Origin: Halocafeteria seosinensis
Taxonomy: Eukaryota
Reading direction: 5' to 3'
NCBI GenBank assembly: GCA_001687465.1
Contig: LVLI01000202.1
Coordinates: 62,001 to 126,000, forward strand
DNA length: 64,000 bases
Positions 1 through 11,025 of this stretch are shown here, one piece after another; the first letter of the stretch is position 1; every line of letters begins with the position of its first letter. The notes beneath the pieces were generated by a model, which saw only the letters and a list, made by a program, of their open reading frames with translations, did not search any database and was not told the origin of the DNA. Position numbers and translations under genes: made by a program.

Positions 1-3
1 AAT

Positions 4-2630
4 ATGGGAGGGAACCACAGCAAAGGTAAGCTCTATGTCCCCTGGGCCTTGGCTGCAGTATTAGTCAACGTAGTGCCTTGCGTTGTCTTGCTATGTGGGT
101 TTACAGAGGTGCCTGACGCCTCCCATACCACGAGGCGCTCGAATACTAAGCGAGGAGGGCGCAAACATGCTGTGGCGGCGGCTGAAAGTGCGCCCAAAAG
201 CCCAGCAGCTTCTTCACTGGCAGACTTGATCGAGCAGGATACTTCCCGAATGTATATTCACTTGGATCCGGATGTACGTGGACATGGACCGAGATTGCAC
301 TCTCCTTGTACTCTTATCCACGAATGCGTGTATGCATGGGCAATACAGAGCATCATTCGGTATGTCTCGGCGGCCAGTGAAAGGTTCTTGGGATACTCTT
401 CAGAAGATATGGTGGGTCATCGAAACTCATCCTTCATACACGAAAACGATCGAGTAAGTCTAGGTCCGAAAAGAACTCTCAAGTAAAGGTATTTGATAAC
501 TTGCATCCAAATTGGTTTGGTTTGCCGCAGGAGACTGTCGAGAACAAGTTCTTGGAAGCAAAACGCGCACCACACACTGCCATCAGCGTCAAATTCCGAA
601 GAAAGCACAACAATGGAATGCATACGCGAGTTGGTAAGTAAACGTGATCAATTACACCCAGTTTTCCTTCCTCTTTGATGAATTTTCCCAACTGTATGTT
701 ATTCCAGAGTTTTACGGTCATTGGATCTGCAAACACGATGAACCTATTGGTATCACTGGGTGGGAGCAAGATGCTGAACGTGGCAAGAACGAGCAAGAAG
801 AGCTTGTGGAAGAAGCGTCGACGACCAAGGATCAAACAGCCGCTGAAAATAGCAAGATTATGACATTTGCGCTTCACGAGTTACGCAACGCCATCCATGC
901 CTTAGATGCTTCAGCAACTTACATTGAGGAAGTGAGTCTCATAATGCTCTTTAATACTCCCCCTCCCAAACGTAGCGAGTTTGGCTTTTTGTTTTGTTTT
1001 GTACCTAATACAGCTTACCGGTGAAACAATGGATGACGAGGTGAAAGAGTCGGTAAATGACATGATGTTCGCGGCCAAGAACACCAATGTTCTTGTCGGG
1101 GATATATTGTCGTTAATTGGACTTCGTGAAGGAACTGTTATTACGAATGCTGAAGACTTTCCAATTAGAAGTTATATCAAAGATCTTACTGCCTCCATGC
1201 AAACACTAAGCTCTGTTCCCGTTGTACCCGTTGTCACAGAGGAAGTCCCTGTAGTCGTCTGCGCGGACTGGGACAGCATAGCACAGATTTTAAAGAACGG
1301 TCTAATGAATGCAATCAAATACTGTGGCCAAAACACCGAACCAATTTATGTTCGTGTTTCGAAAGAAGAAACACATCTGACTTTCGAAGTACGAGACAAA
1401 GGTACTTCTTTAGGAGATGTATCTCAGGAAAAGCTGATGAAAGCTCTAACCCAAGGCATACCCCTTCGGGGAGCACGAGCGCAGCGAACGAGTCTCTTTC
1501 TACCAATTGCGGATAACGTTGTCCGGAAACTTATGTTTGGGAAGGTAATAGCAGCTGTTGCTAAATGTCCAGGGGTCAAACGAGTTTCACATCTTCCTGA
1601 TTCGTGGTTCACAGGTAGGGATAGATTCTCATGAGGGTGTTACCAAGTTCTGGTTTACGGCTAAGTACTCACCGACATCCGATTCTAAGAAGAGTATGAT
1701 GGCGGTCCGTGAAGAAAAAGAGTGGTCTTTAGTAGCTCAAGTACTGCCGGGTTCATCAGAGAGGCCAGAACCAATATCGACCAAGCAATCTTCATCCGTG
1801 GCCACTCCCACGGACAAGTTCTTACAAACAATCACGCCTGAAGGCTCCGCCTCGCCAACCAGCACGCCTAAGAGAAGTCGTGAAAAGAAAGTTATCGGAG
1901 TGGAAGGAGACGGGAAATCGCTTAATTTGCACGTATTGCTGGTCGATGATCAAAAGGTTGTAAGACGTCAAGCTGCCTCGTTTTTGGATCAGTTAGGGTG
2001 CACCTACAAACTACTAGATGTACGTCCTAAGAAATTTGCTTATAATAATCATTCCGCATAAAATCAATTTTTTTCCGCCGTGTGCAGGATGGAGATCAAG
2101 TAACTGATGCACTTGCTCAAACCTATCGACCTTTTGACGCGATCATCCTGGATATTTTGATGCATCGATCTGATGGCGCAGAAGTATGTCAAAAATTACG
2201 GGAGAGCAAAGGCGTTCAGGGCCCTATCATTGCTATGACAAGTCAAACGGAATCCCGGGATGTCCAAAGATATTACAGCATGGGATTCGATGTGGTCCTT
2301 TCGAAGCCATTTACCCGTGACTCCCTTGGGAAATCTTTACTAGAAGGACAACAACGCCGGGGACATTTTACTAAATTTTCGCGAATGTCGGCTAGACTCG
2401 AAGAAGAGGAAGAGTCGACGAAGACAAACGAAAAGTCAGCTGCCGCATCTAACAACACATACGGTGGCTCACAGATGGGGTCCGATTTTGCGAGCCCCCT
2501 GCAAGTTTCCGCCTCAAGCAACGATCAAGATTCTTCCCGACCACCCGCGCATGCATCACATATCCCTGGTAGTACAGACGAAGCCATCATGCCTTTAGGG
2601 CTTTCTCCCCGACGTCAGCATTTCCGGTAG
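4..2630 (+). CDS. Hybrid sensor histidine kinase/response regulator (PAS - HisKA - HATPase - receiver), multi-exon
   Basis: PAS-like 'IRYVSAASERFLGYSSEDMVG..FIHENDR'; H-box 'FALHELRNAIH'; N-box 'QILKNGLMNAIKY'; receiver 'LLVDD..IILDILM..AMTS..SKPF'. Canonical GT-AG introns (e.g. 26-106, 274-348). Start lies at the window edge. Confidence 0.85.
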
Positions 2631-3048
2631 AGTTGTCGTATGCGTTTTTCCCCCCTCCAAATGTTTTCCTCGCAAGGGCCGCTTTGGTAATACTGACTAT
2701 AATTGATTGACTACCGGTACCGGTGGTAGTTTTCAGTAATTGCGTCGAACTGAATACACGAAGTAAAATACGGGACATTTTGCTGCAAAAATAGAATGAA
2801 TCTGATACTAATGTTCTTGCGACCGTTTGACCCTCCACGCCACATGTTGGCCACCTCGCGGAACTTCCCACTGGAAGTTCCCAGTCAATTTGACTGAGTC
2901 AAATCGCTGTGAGCTGACCTTTTTTGTTGTTTCCCCCCAGGGGTCAAGTCCCCCTTTGTTCAGTCAGCAGGGTGCCCAGGTGTTTGTCTAGGCTTATACA
3001 CAAGCCATAGAATAGTTTTTCGTGTGTATTCCGAGGGAATCGAGGACC

Positions 3049-4471
3049 ATGATGAAAGCAGTTGGCTCTCTCGTTGGAAGGAGGGTCGTTCGGGACTGCA
3101 GTCGACTGTATACGGCTCGTACAAATGCGTGCATGAGCACCTTGGCCTCCTTCCCCTACAGTCCCCAGGCTCCCGATCCAGATTACGTGCTTCCTTTGGC
3201 GAAAAATGGGTTTGACCCGGACTTAAATTGGTCCCTCGGGGATGATGGCTTGACCATCGGGGGCGATGCGTTCCGGAATGCCTCGGAATTAGCTCTATTT
3301 CAGTATTCACAGAGCCCCTTGACCAAGCAGAAAGTGGTCCAGAAGAAGGGAAATGCTTCCAAAGTGGCCAAATTAGCCACAGAAGAGTACCAAGGATACA
3401 GTCTGATGGATGCTGATGAAGCTGACTACTTTCGGGAACAAGTTTCAGAAGACCTGTATGCACGCAAGCGCCTCTTTGTGGAAGATGCCGCGTTTGGATC
3501 CAACCGCAATTGTGAGATCAAAGTGCGCGCTGTCACAGATACAGCTGAAGCCAATCTTTTCTTCCGAAACATGCTGGTACGTTGGTTTACTTCGTGTGCA
3601 GTGGGTCTGTCCTGCTTGAATGTGGGTATGTGTGTGGGTGCAGCACCGGATCCCGCTGGACATCCCAGACTGCTTTCCACGGCATATATTGGTGATCTCC
3701 AATGAACAGTGGGATAAAACGGATCCTTGTGTTCTTGTGGATATTGATATGCAAGCCAACAGCGCGACGAAAGCAGTAGTTGTGGCTGCTGGTAAGGTAT
3801 CGTTTTCGGAGTTGGCGGAGAATATAGCTTTCTGTGCAAATGAATTAGCAACGAAGGGAGGATATCGCCACGAATTTGGAGGCGGGCTTCGGGCTCGAAT
3901 TGCGCGGGAAAACGGGAGATTAGAACTGTATTATACAGATAGATACTGGAAGGCTAGTCCAGATGAACCCCATCCGGATATGTTATTGATGCGTGGCCAC
4001 GTCTTAACGAAAACGGGTTCCGCCCCTCACATCATACTGACAGAAAACGACAAAGTGGCCGCAAAGGCTCTACACAAGCGTGCCAGTTCAGACTCGGCTA
4101 GCGTGGATTTGTATGCCTCTAATCATTTTTTCTGGGATAAGAATGGTATCGGTCGAGCGTGGGGAGGCATAGCCGCCGGAGTTAGTGACTTGGGAGGGTC
4201 CAAATGGCTACCACGAGGTACTATAGTCGAAGGGGATTATGCGTTTAGGTCGTTTGATGCGCCGCTGTCTACCTTTGAGCATCCATACCACATTGATATA
4301 GCAGGAGATACAGATACGAAGCCTCTGAAAGGGGCGGAAGCTCTTGATTTAATAGCTCAGAGCCAGAAATTGACAGAAGAACAAGTTAGCAAGCTTAGAA
4401 ACATCATTGGTGAGAGAGATATCACCGCTCGCAAGGTCAAGGACGTAGGCTCTGTTATTGACCAACTTTGA
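3049..4471 (+). CDS. PEPCK(ATP)-fold protein, probably mitochondrion-targeted and catalytically degenerate; intron 3577-3643
   Basis: 'RLFVEDAAFGSNRNCEIKVRAVTDTAEANLFFRNML' resembles the N-terminal domain of ATP-dependent PEPCK. Arg-rich, acid-poor N-terminus. No GLSGTGKT P-loop. Confidence 0.6.
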
Positions 4472-4536
4472 TAACGTACCGTGGGAAGAATTTGGAAGTG
4501 TATGAAATGTAGTGGGCAATCGCACCATAGGTTGGC

Positions 4537-7500
4537 TCAGTTTATTTGTGTTGACTTTGTCGGAAAATTGGAAAACTGTAACAATATACTGAAATCACAT
4601 CCTGGAATATAGTTCCTGTTGGTCCCACGATGCATATAGTGTTGAAAGCGCCGCTTTGTATTGCTCTCCTTCCTCAGATTTTCTAAATGACAGATTCTCT
4701 GACACCAATGGAAGTGAGAATCCGTACAATGAGGACTAGAAGAGCCACACATTGTTTTGAAATAGCAGTAGGCATCAGCGATTTGCTTGTCCCTTGAAGC
4801 TTGTCGTGAAAAACTAGAAGAGTCGGATACGAGCTGACCCGGTTGAGAACATACACTCCGGAGAAGGGAGATAGAGAGAGCTGTACTTCGATCTGCGATG
4901 ATGTCATCAACACACACGGCGTCACTATCCCCCCAGAATGAAGGGGCGTCGTTCGCCTGCTCGTTGCCCTCATTAGAGAAGTAGCCATATTGAGTAGACT
5001 GTGCCGGATTAAAGTCTCCATGTTCGTAGCGAAACAATTGAACATCATCGCGGGACGGAACCGCTGACAACGATGCAGTTCCGCAGTCTCCTTCCTCGTT
5101 CTCACAGATCATCGACCAATTGTGGTACCCGTTTAAGAGATCTTTGTCTGACATCGAGTCTTGGTCTCTAGCATATATAGCTTGCTCCAGAACTGAGCGT
5201 CTCTCTCGAGAAAGTCTCGCATCTTCGGGACGCTGTATCTTCCGAAACGCTGCCGCACAACAGCTATAGTTGTTCAAAACATCGCAATAGGCCAGTAAAT
5301 CACTACTGCGACTAAGTTCCTCCAGCGTATCAGGAACAGTACCGGGAGGGTAGATCGTGTGCCTGGAATTCTCCGTCTGCGAACAATCAGCGGCAGTACT
5401 CGCAGAAGTGAAACTCTTCTCTATTTCCCCATGCTCCGGAACCCAGACTCCGTGTTGAATCGCTACCTGCTCCGAGCTGTACTCAAAGGAAACGGCGTCC
5501 GAGCGCATACCATTTATTACCAACACTGCAGGGATCCATATATCTCCCTCTCGCCTCCACTGACTGAGATAGGAGTAACAAATTTCAAACGTGCACGAGG
5601 TGGGTGATCGCGATGTTGCTTGAAGATGCATACCATGCACAATCAATTGCATACACGCCGATTCAACATTTTCAACAACCCCTTCGCTATCGTCCATAAC
5701 GAATTCCGCATCGACACGGAGCGTCCGACGCGTTGTATCAAAAGTTGAACCCAGCCTGGTGATCCGCGGGCTTGGTCTTATCGGTTGAGAAACGCTTGAA
5801 AACGACTGTCTGGGAAATGCCTGCAGGTAACTTTCATGAGCAGCCATCAATTGCAAAGGAGATCTGCCTATCTCCGTCGATGGTTGCCTGGAGATACTCG
5901 GAGAGTTCTGTAACTCGGACAAGCAGGCGCGAATATCTCCTCCCCGTCTCTCGATTACCTCCGCAATTCTCTCAGAGCCAAATAGAGCATTCTCTTTGTG
6001 GCTTATTTGAGCCGCTAAAGCAACAAGTTCCTCATATGCAACGTTTCGAAAAGGCAAGACTTTCAATGTAGGACACTCTTTGAGTAGCCATTGAGGTATG
6101 CTGTTGCAAGTGACAAATACAAGACCAGTAAAACTGCGTAGAAGTTGACGAAAGAAGACACTGAAGCCCTTGTCCGATCCAAAGACGACATCGACTTCAT
6201 CGACAAACAGCACGCGCTTTTCGCTATCACCACCACTGCTACGGCTTGTTCCGTCTGCATTTGACCAGAACGACTGTTCATTGGCAATCTTTAGATCTCC
6301 AATGAGTTTCTCTAACTTTTCCTTGTTCCTCAGACAAGAGGAATCTATTACCGTGTAATTCTTGTCTAATTGCTGCAAGCATGAGTACATCGCAGTTGAT
6401 TTTCCGACTCCATTAGGACCAACCAAGCAAATGAGAGGACAGCAGACCGACGGTTCGCCTATGTCTGTGTACTCTTGCCAGTCCTCATGAAGCGCTTGTT
6501 CGATGAAATCAGAATATTCGCAAAGAGAACCAGCTGTTGCTCCATTAAGCATGATATCCTTTAACATTTCGGCAGAATCAGTGTTACTACACAGGTTCTC
6601 CAGTGTCCGAGGCTGATACTTTGTCGTCCACAATTGCCCGCCCCCATCAACCGAACGCACATACGAAAACTTATCTAGAAGACGGGTTTCGACCTCTGGA
6701 GTTATATCTAACCGGAGACTAGTCATCACGTTCCGAAAAATTTGTGCCGGGTTCAATTCGTGACATGAGTTCAAAGGTAACCCAACTACTGAGCAGCAAC
6801 TATGCGGTTCAAGCAAAGAACGACAAAACGGCAGACTGCCTTCAGTAGAACGTTGGGTCGAGACGGCGTCGTCTTCAGAGAGCAACGTATCCCGCGTGTG
6901 CTCAGACATTGCAGCAGAAGCAAAATTGACGTGAACCAAGAACGAAGGAAATTCTGGAGCGTCCCACTGGCGTATATTCCGATGCATGCAACTGTCACTG
7001 TCCGACCATGCTCTTTGAAGAGACTTTTGGCGATTCCTCTGATTACTCATGTTAAAGAATTCATTCGTCTCGCGATGGCCAGTGAGCATGCGGCTGAGCT
7101 GATGGTGTTGTTCCATTTCTCTATTGATTTCAAGTCGAGCGCTCTCTTCAAATTGCTGTTTTCTCTCTTCTTTCGTTAAGAACATCCAAGGTGTCTTTTT
7201 TGATCCGGAACTCTCTGTCCGTGACCTCCCGCGCCTGGACGAACTTGACGCATTAGCCACAGGCGAATCGTCCTCCCCTATGTAAACATCCGCACCTTGT
7301 CGACATCGCTGCTTCTTACTGGAGACCGTACTTTGCGGAGATATTATAACTACTTCATTGTCACTTTCCCAGCTATCGCGACTAACACTGCTTTGGCCGC
7401 GTTTACGGTTGCCCGAGTACGAGGAGGTAGAAGCACCACTACTGCTACTACTAGATAAGACTGATACCTCCTGGCTACTATGCTTGTCATCTTCTCGCTC

Positions 7501-7995
7501 GTTGCAACCTCTATCATTTGAACGATTCTCCGATACAAAAACTACCTCTGGGCTTCCTTTATCGGAGGCATTAGTTCCAGTGGAGCAGCGTCCAGGTGAT
7601 GAAAGGGGGTTTGAATACTCCTCTGACTTCTGTTGCTCCTTCCTCTCCGTAGTCGTGGGGATAGCGGCATCCGGTTTTGGTTTTGCTTTTTTGGTGGTAC
7701 TCTTTTGGCCTTTACGTGTGCTCTTGTTGTTACTGTCACTTCCTAGAGTGTTCATAACGGCTGTCGCGGATTCTTTATTCTTTGTTGCTCGTTTCCTCGC
7801 AGCCCTTCTTGTCTCTGGACCAACGCCATCCTCTTGTGTATTCTCCCTGCACTCGGACGTCGACTTTGTGGCACTGTCTGCCCTAGCAGCGTTCAATGAC
7901 CGTCTGTTGTGGGTGGTGGTGGTGGTAGCTGTCTCTTGCTCCCTGCTTTGAGGCTGGTCAAACGCCGTCATTAAGTCCGGGTCAATGCTATCCAT
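4537..7995 (-). CDS. ATAD5: ATAD5/ELG1-like RFC-family AAA+ PCNA unloader subunit (single ORF, 1152 aa)
   Basis: 'QLWTTKYQP', Walker A 'GPNGVGKST', Walker B 'LFVDEVDVVFGSDKGF', 'GDIRACL'; long disordered N-terminus. Confidence 0.75.
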   Translation of the reverse strand: MDSIDPDLMTAFDQPQSREQETATTTTTHNRRSLNAARADSATKSTSECRENTQEDGVGPETRRAARKRATKNKESATAVMNTLGSDSNNKSTRKGQKSTTKKAKPKPDAAIPTTTERKEQQKSEEYSNPLSSPGRCSTGTNASDKGSPEVVFVSENRSNDRGCNEREDDKHSSQEVSVLSSSSSSGASTSSYSGNRKRGQSSVSRDSWESDNEVVIISPQSTVSSKKQRCRQGADVYIGEDDSPVANASSSSRRGRSRTESSGSKKTPWMFLTKEERKQQFEESARLEINREMEQHHQLSRMLTGHRETNEFFNMSNQRNRQKSLQRAWSDSDSCMHRNIRQWDAPEFPSFLVHVNFASAAMSEHTRDTLLSEDDAVSTQRSTEGSLPFCRSLLEPHSCCSVVGLPLNSCHELNPAQIFRNVMTSLRLDITPEVETRLLDKFSYVRSVDGGGQLWTTKYQPRTLENLCSNTDSAEMLKDIMLNGATAGSLCEYSDFIEQALHEDWQEYTDIGEPSVCCPLICLVGPNGVGKSTAMYSCLQQLDKNYTVIDSSCLRNKEKLEKLIGDLKIANEQSFWSNADGTSRSSGGDSEKRVLFVDEVDVVFGSDKGFSVFFRQLLRSFTGLVFVTCNSIPQWLLKECPTLKVLPFRNVAYEELVALAAQISHKENALFGSERIAEVIERRGGDIRACLSELQNSPSISRQPSTEIGRSPLQLMAAHESYLQAFPRQSFSSVSQPIRPSPRITRLGSTFDTTRRTLRVDAEFVMDDSEGVVENVESACMQLIVHGMHLQATSRSPTSCTFEICYSYLSQWRREGDIWIPAVLVINGMRSDAVSFEYSSEQVAIQHGVWVPEHGEIEKSFTSASTAADCSQTENSRHTIYPPGTVPDTLEELSRSSDLLAYCDVLNNYSCCAAAFRKIQRPEDARLSRERRSVLEQAIYARDQDSMSDKDLLNGYHNWSMICENEEGDCGTASLSAVPSRDDVQLFRYEHGDFNPAQSTQYGYFSNEGNEQANDAPSFWGDSDAVCVDDIIADRSTALSISLLRSVCSQPGQLVSDSSSFSRQASRDKQIADAYCYFKTMCGSSSPHCTDSHFHWCQRICHLENLRKESNTKRRFQHYMHRGTNRNYIPGCDFSILLQFSNFPTKSTQIN

Positions 7996-8300
7996 GACGT
8001 CCGGATTGGGTCAGGAGTAGGCATCAGTGAAACCAAGGAGAGGTAGCTTCGCCTTAGGCCCCTATAGCACTTTATACGCCACTGACAATTCCAAACAGGA
8101 AGGAAATTCAAATCAAACGATCCACCTTCACAATAATCATTTCAAACCGAAAGTGAACGATATGATTGATTGCACCGAAGGCATCTGATTCATCTGGATT
8201 CTCGACTGGAGGCACATCAATGAATGACAACAGATCACATACTCGAGTGGAAGCGGTATCTGTAGTCTTAAATGTTCGTTCGCTGTGCGAGCTGGATGTT

Positions 8301-10417
8301 ATGAGTGCTCACGGACAGAGCAGCTCCTCTGGAGGAGCTACCAGTGGTAGTAAGACCCTGACCATCACACATCATACTGAGAGCGCTTCCTCCGCCACGT
8401 CTAAGCCCTCTAGCACCCAAAATGCTCCTTCGGGACTCATAAAGGAGGTAGACGCCGGAGATGTTGTCCGGCTAATGCTCCAGTTCCTCAAAGAGCAAAG
8501 ATTGACTCAGTCGTTCCAGACACTCCAGGAGGAATCAGGGGTCTTCCTGAATACAGTCGAGTCGTTGGAAGGCTTTAGATCGGATATAAGGAACGGGCGC
8601 TGGGATACAGTACTGTCACAGGTGTCGACACTTAAGATTCCACCGGATAAGCTGTTTGACCTGTATGAACAGGTCTACGTGGAAATGCTGGAGCGACGGG
8701 AGATGGACACGGCTCAGGCGCTACTACTCAAGACCGTCCCGATGAAACTAATGCGCGACGAACAACCCTCAAGGTGCGGTGATGAGTGAAAAGCAGGCGC
8801 ACATTCTATCAACTTGATTCCTACAGCTCTAACTGTATTCCTTCAACCGCAGATACAAACGATTGAAAAGCCTTGTGGCAATAGGGGATTTCAATGAGAA
8901 GGATGCTTATCCGGATGGCTCCTCGAAACAAAGGAGACGCACAGACATAGCGGATGCTTTAGCGGAAGAGGTATCTGTAGTACCTCCTTCACGGCTAATG
9001 TCGATAATAGGACAAAGTTTGAAATGGCAGCAACATGTTGGTGTGTTACCGGGGGGCGGAAAGTTGGACTTGCTTACCGGAGCTCGGGCCAAAAGAAAGG
9101 ATGAATCTGAGAAATATCCATCGAGATCCGTAAGTTTACAACGCATGCACTGTAATATTTGGCGGTTTTGATTCCATAGACCACGTTCCCTCTTTAACAC
9201 TGTGTTTCTTTCAGGCTGGGAAGATCACCTTCGAAGACGACGCTGGCGAGACGTTTGCACAAAGTGCTATATTTTCTCCGGACGGGGAGCGAATAATTAC
9301 GGGAAGTGTGGATGGGTTCATAGAGCTGTGGGATACGGATAGATTTAAGCTGGATGTATCCCTTCCGTATCAAAAGCAGGATGAGCTGCTTATGCACGAA
9401 AACGAGAAGCCAATACTAGCCTTGGCGGTTAGCAAGGATAATGAGTTGCTTGCGAGTGGAGATGCCGCTGGCCAGATAAAAGTGTGGCATATCAAGTTAG
9501 GAACTTGTCTACGCTCCTTCCTTAAGGCACATACGGAGGGAGTCAGTGCAATGCAATTTTCCAGAGACGGGACGAACTTGCTTTCAGGAAGCTATGATGG
9601 TAGCGCTCGGTGAGTGATCATCAGCAGAAACTTCAGAAGGCTTACAAGAAACCTTTTGTTTCGAATCTTCTTACTACGTGAACAGAATACATGGGCTGCG
9701 GTCGGGCACCGCCCTGAAGACCTTCGCTGATCATACGTCGTACGTAAACGAAGTCTCATACTCACCAGATGGGAGTCAAGTTTATACGGCTAGTAGCGAT
9801 GGAACAATTAAGGTATGTCAGAAGTCCTATGCGAGTTGCATCTGTTTCTATTAATTAGCGCATGTGCTATTCCACAGGTGTGGGACGTCCGGACTTCCGA
9901 GTGTGTGCAGACCATCATTCCTCCCCAAGAAGCCCACACTGCCGAATTGCCCGTCCTCTCTGTTCAGCCGGTCCCTAGGACGACTGGCCAAATCATAGTA
10001 GTGAATCGCTCTAACAAGATTCACGTCCTTAGCAGTAGCGGACAAGTAGTTCGTACAATGTCGGCTGATCTCGGGTCGACAAAGGAGGCAAAGCCAATAA
10101 AGTCGATTGACTCTTCGAAGCAAATATCGTCCAACAGTGATTCAGCGAAGCAGCTCCAGAGACAACAGCAGTCAGAGCAAAAACAGCCAAAGCACACAGA
10201 AGCGCATTTCCTTACTTGTTGTGCCTCACCGAGAGGCAAATGGGTGTATGCGCTTGCCACGGACAATTGTCTCTACTGCTTTTCCTTTGCAACGGGTGTA
10301 CTGGAGAACACGATCCACGTCTCCGATGCATTGCCTCATGGTATATGCCACCATCCTTTTCATAACCTGTTGGCGACGTTTGGACAAGAGAGTGTTCTAC
10401 GTCTTTGGAAACCCTGA
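8301..10417 (+). CDS. SMU1: WD40 spliceosomal protein SMU1 (LisH/CTLH + WD40), 5 exons
   Basis: 'DVVRLMLQFLKEQRL..LQEESGVFLNTVES', 'VSVVPPSRLMSIIGQSLKWQQH', WD repeats, C-terminal 'HHPFHNLLATF..LRLWKP'. An upstream ATG at 8220 is also possible. Confidence 0.92.
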
Positions 10418-11025
10418 ATAATAGACTCGGTATCTTTCGGAAACTCTCAAATCTATTTTGAATAACTCCATTGCGAGTCTTTGTGGAATCCAATGTTTAT
10501 TGTAACGATGAACAAGATACCTATAGGATCAGCATCCCTCTACAGTCTGCTTGCAAGGACAAACAGACTCTGTTACAAATTGTAAAAAATTCTCACGCGA
10601 GCGGTAATTTACCGTATGTTCCAATCAAACCTGCGAAAGCGATGAACCTGAATTAATGGCAACATGAGCACAATATTCAGAAACTCCCGACTGTGGCAGG
10701 TATCTCTTCACTCTATGTCGTGTGTACTCTCTCTTCGCTCGCTGAGTCACTGACCCCTTTGCGGAAACCTTCGCAAGCTTGAAGTTTAAAAAAGTTGCAG
10801 CGGTTAAGTTGAACTTTGCCGCGCGCATTTGAAATGTGGACTTCCGTTTTGAAGTTTTCTGTTTGAATTGGTCGAATCCGAGACAACGAAGCCCATTTTA
10901 CGGTATTTTGTTTGACGTGAGGTATTCTTATCGACCATATCTGGCGTTGTATACGGTGGCCGGACCTGTATTTGTCCCTGCCGTACAAGGAGGGGCAAGT
11001 AAAAGTCTCTGTGTGGTTTGAAATC

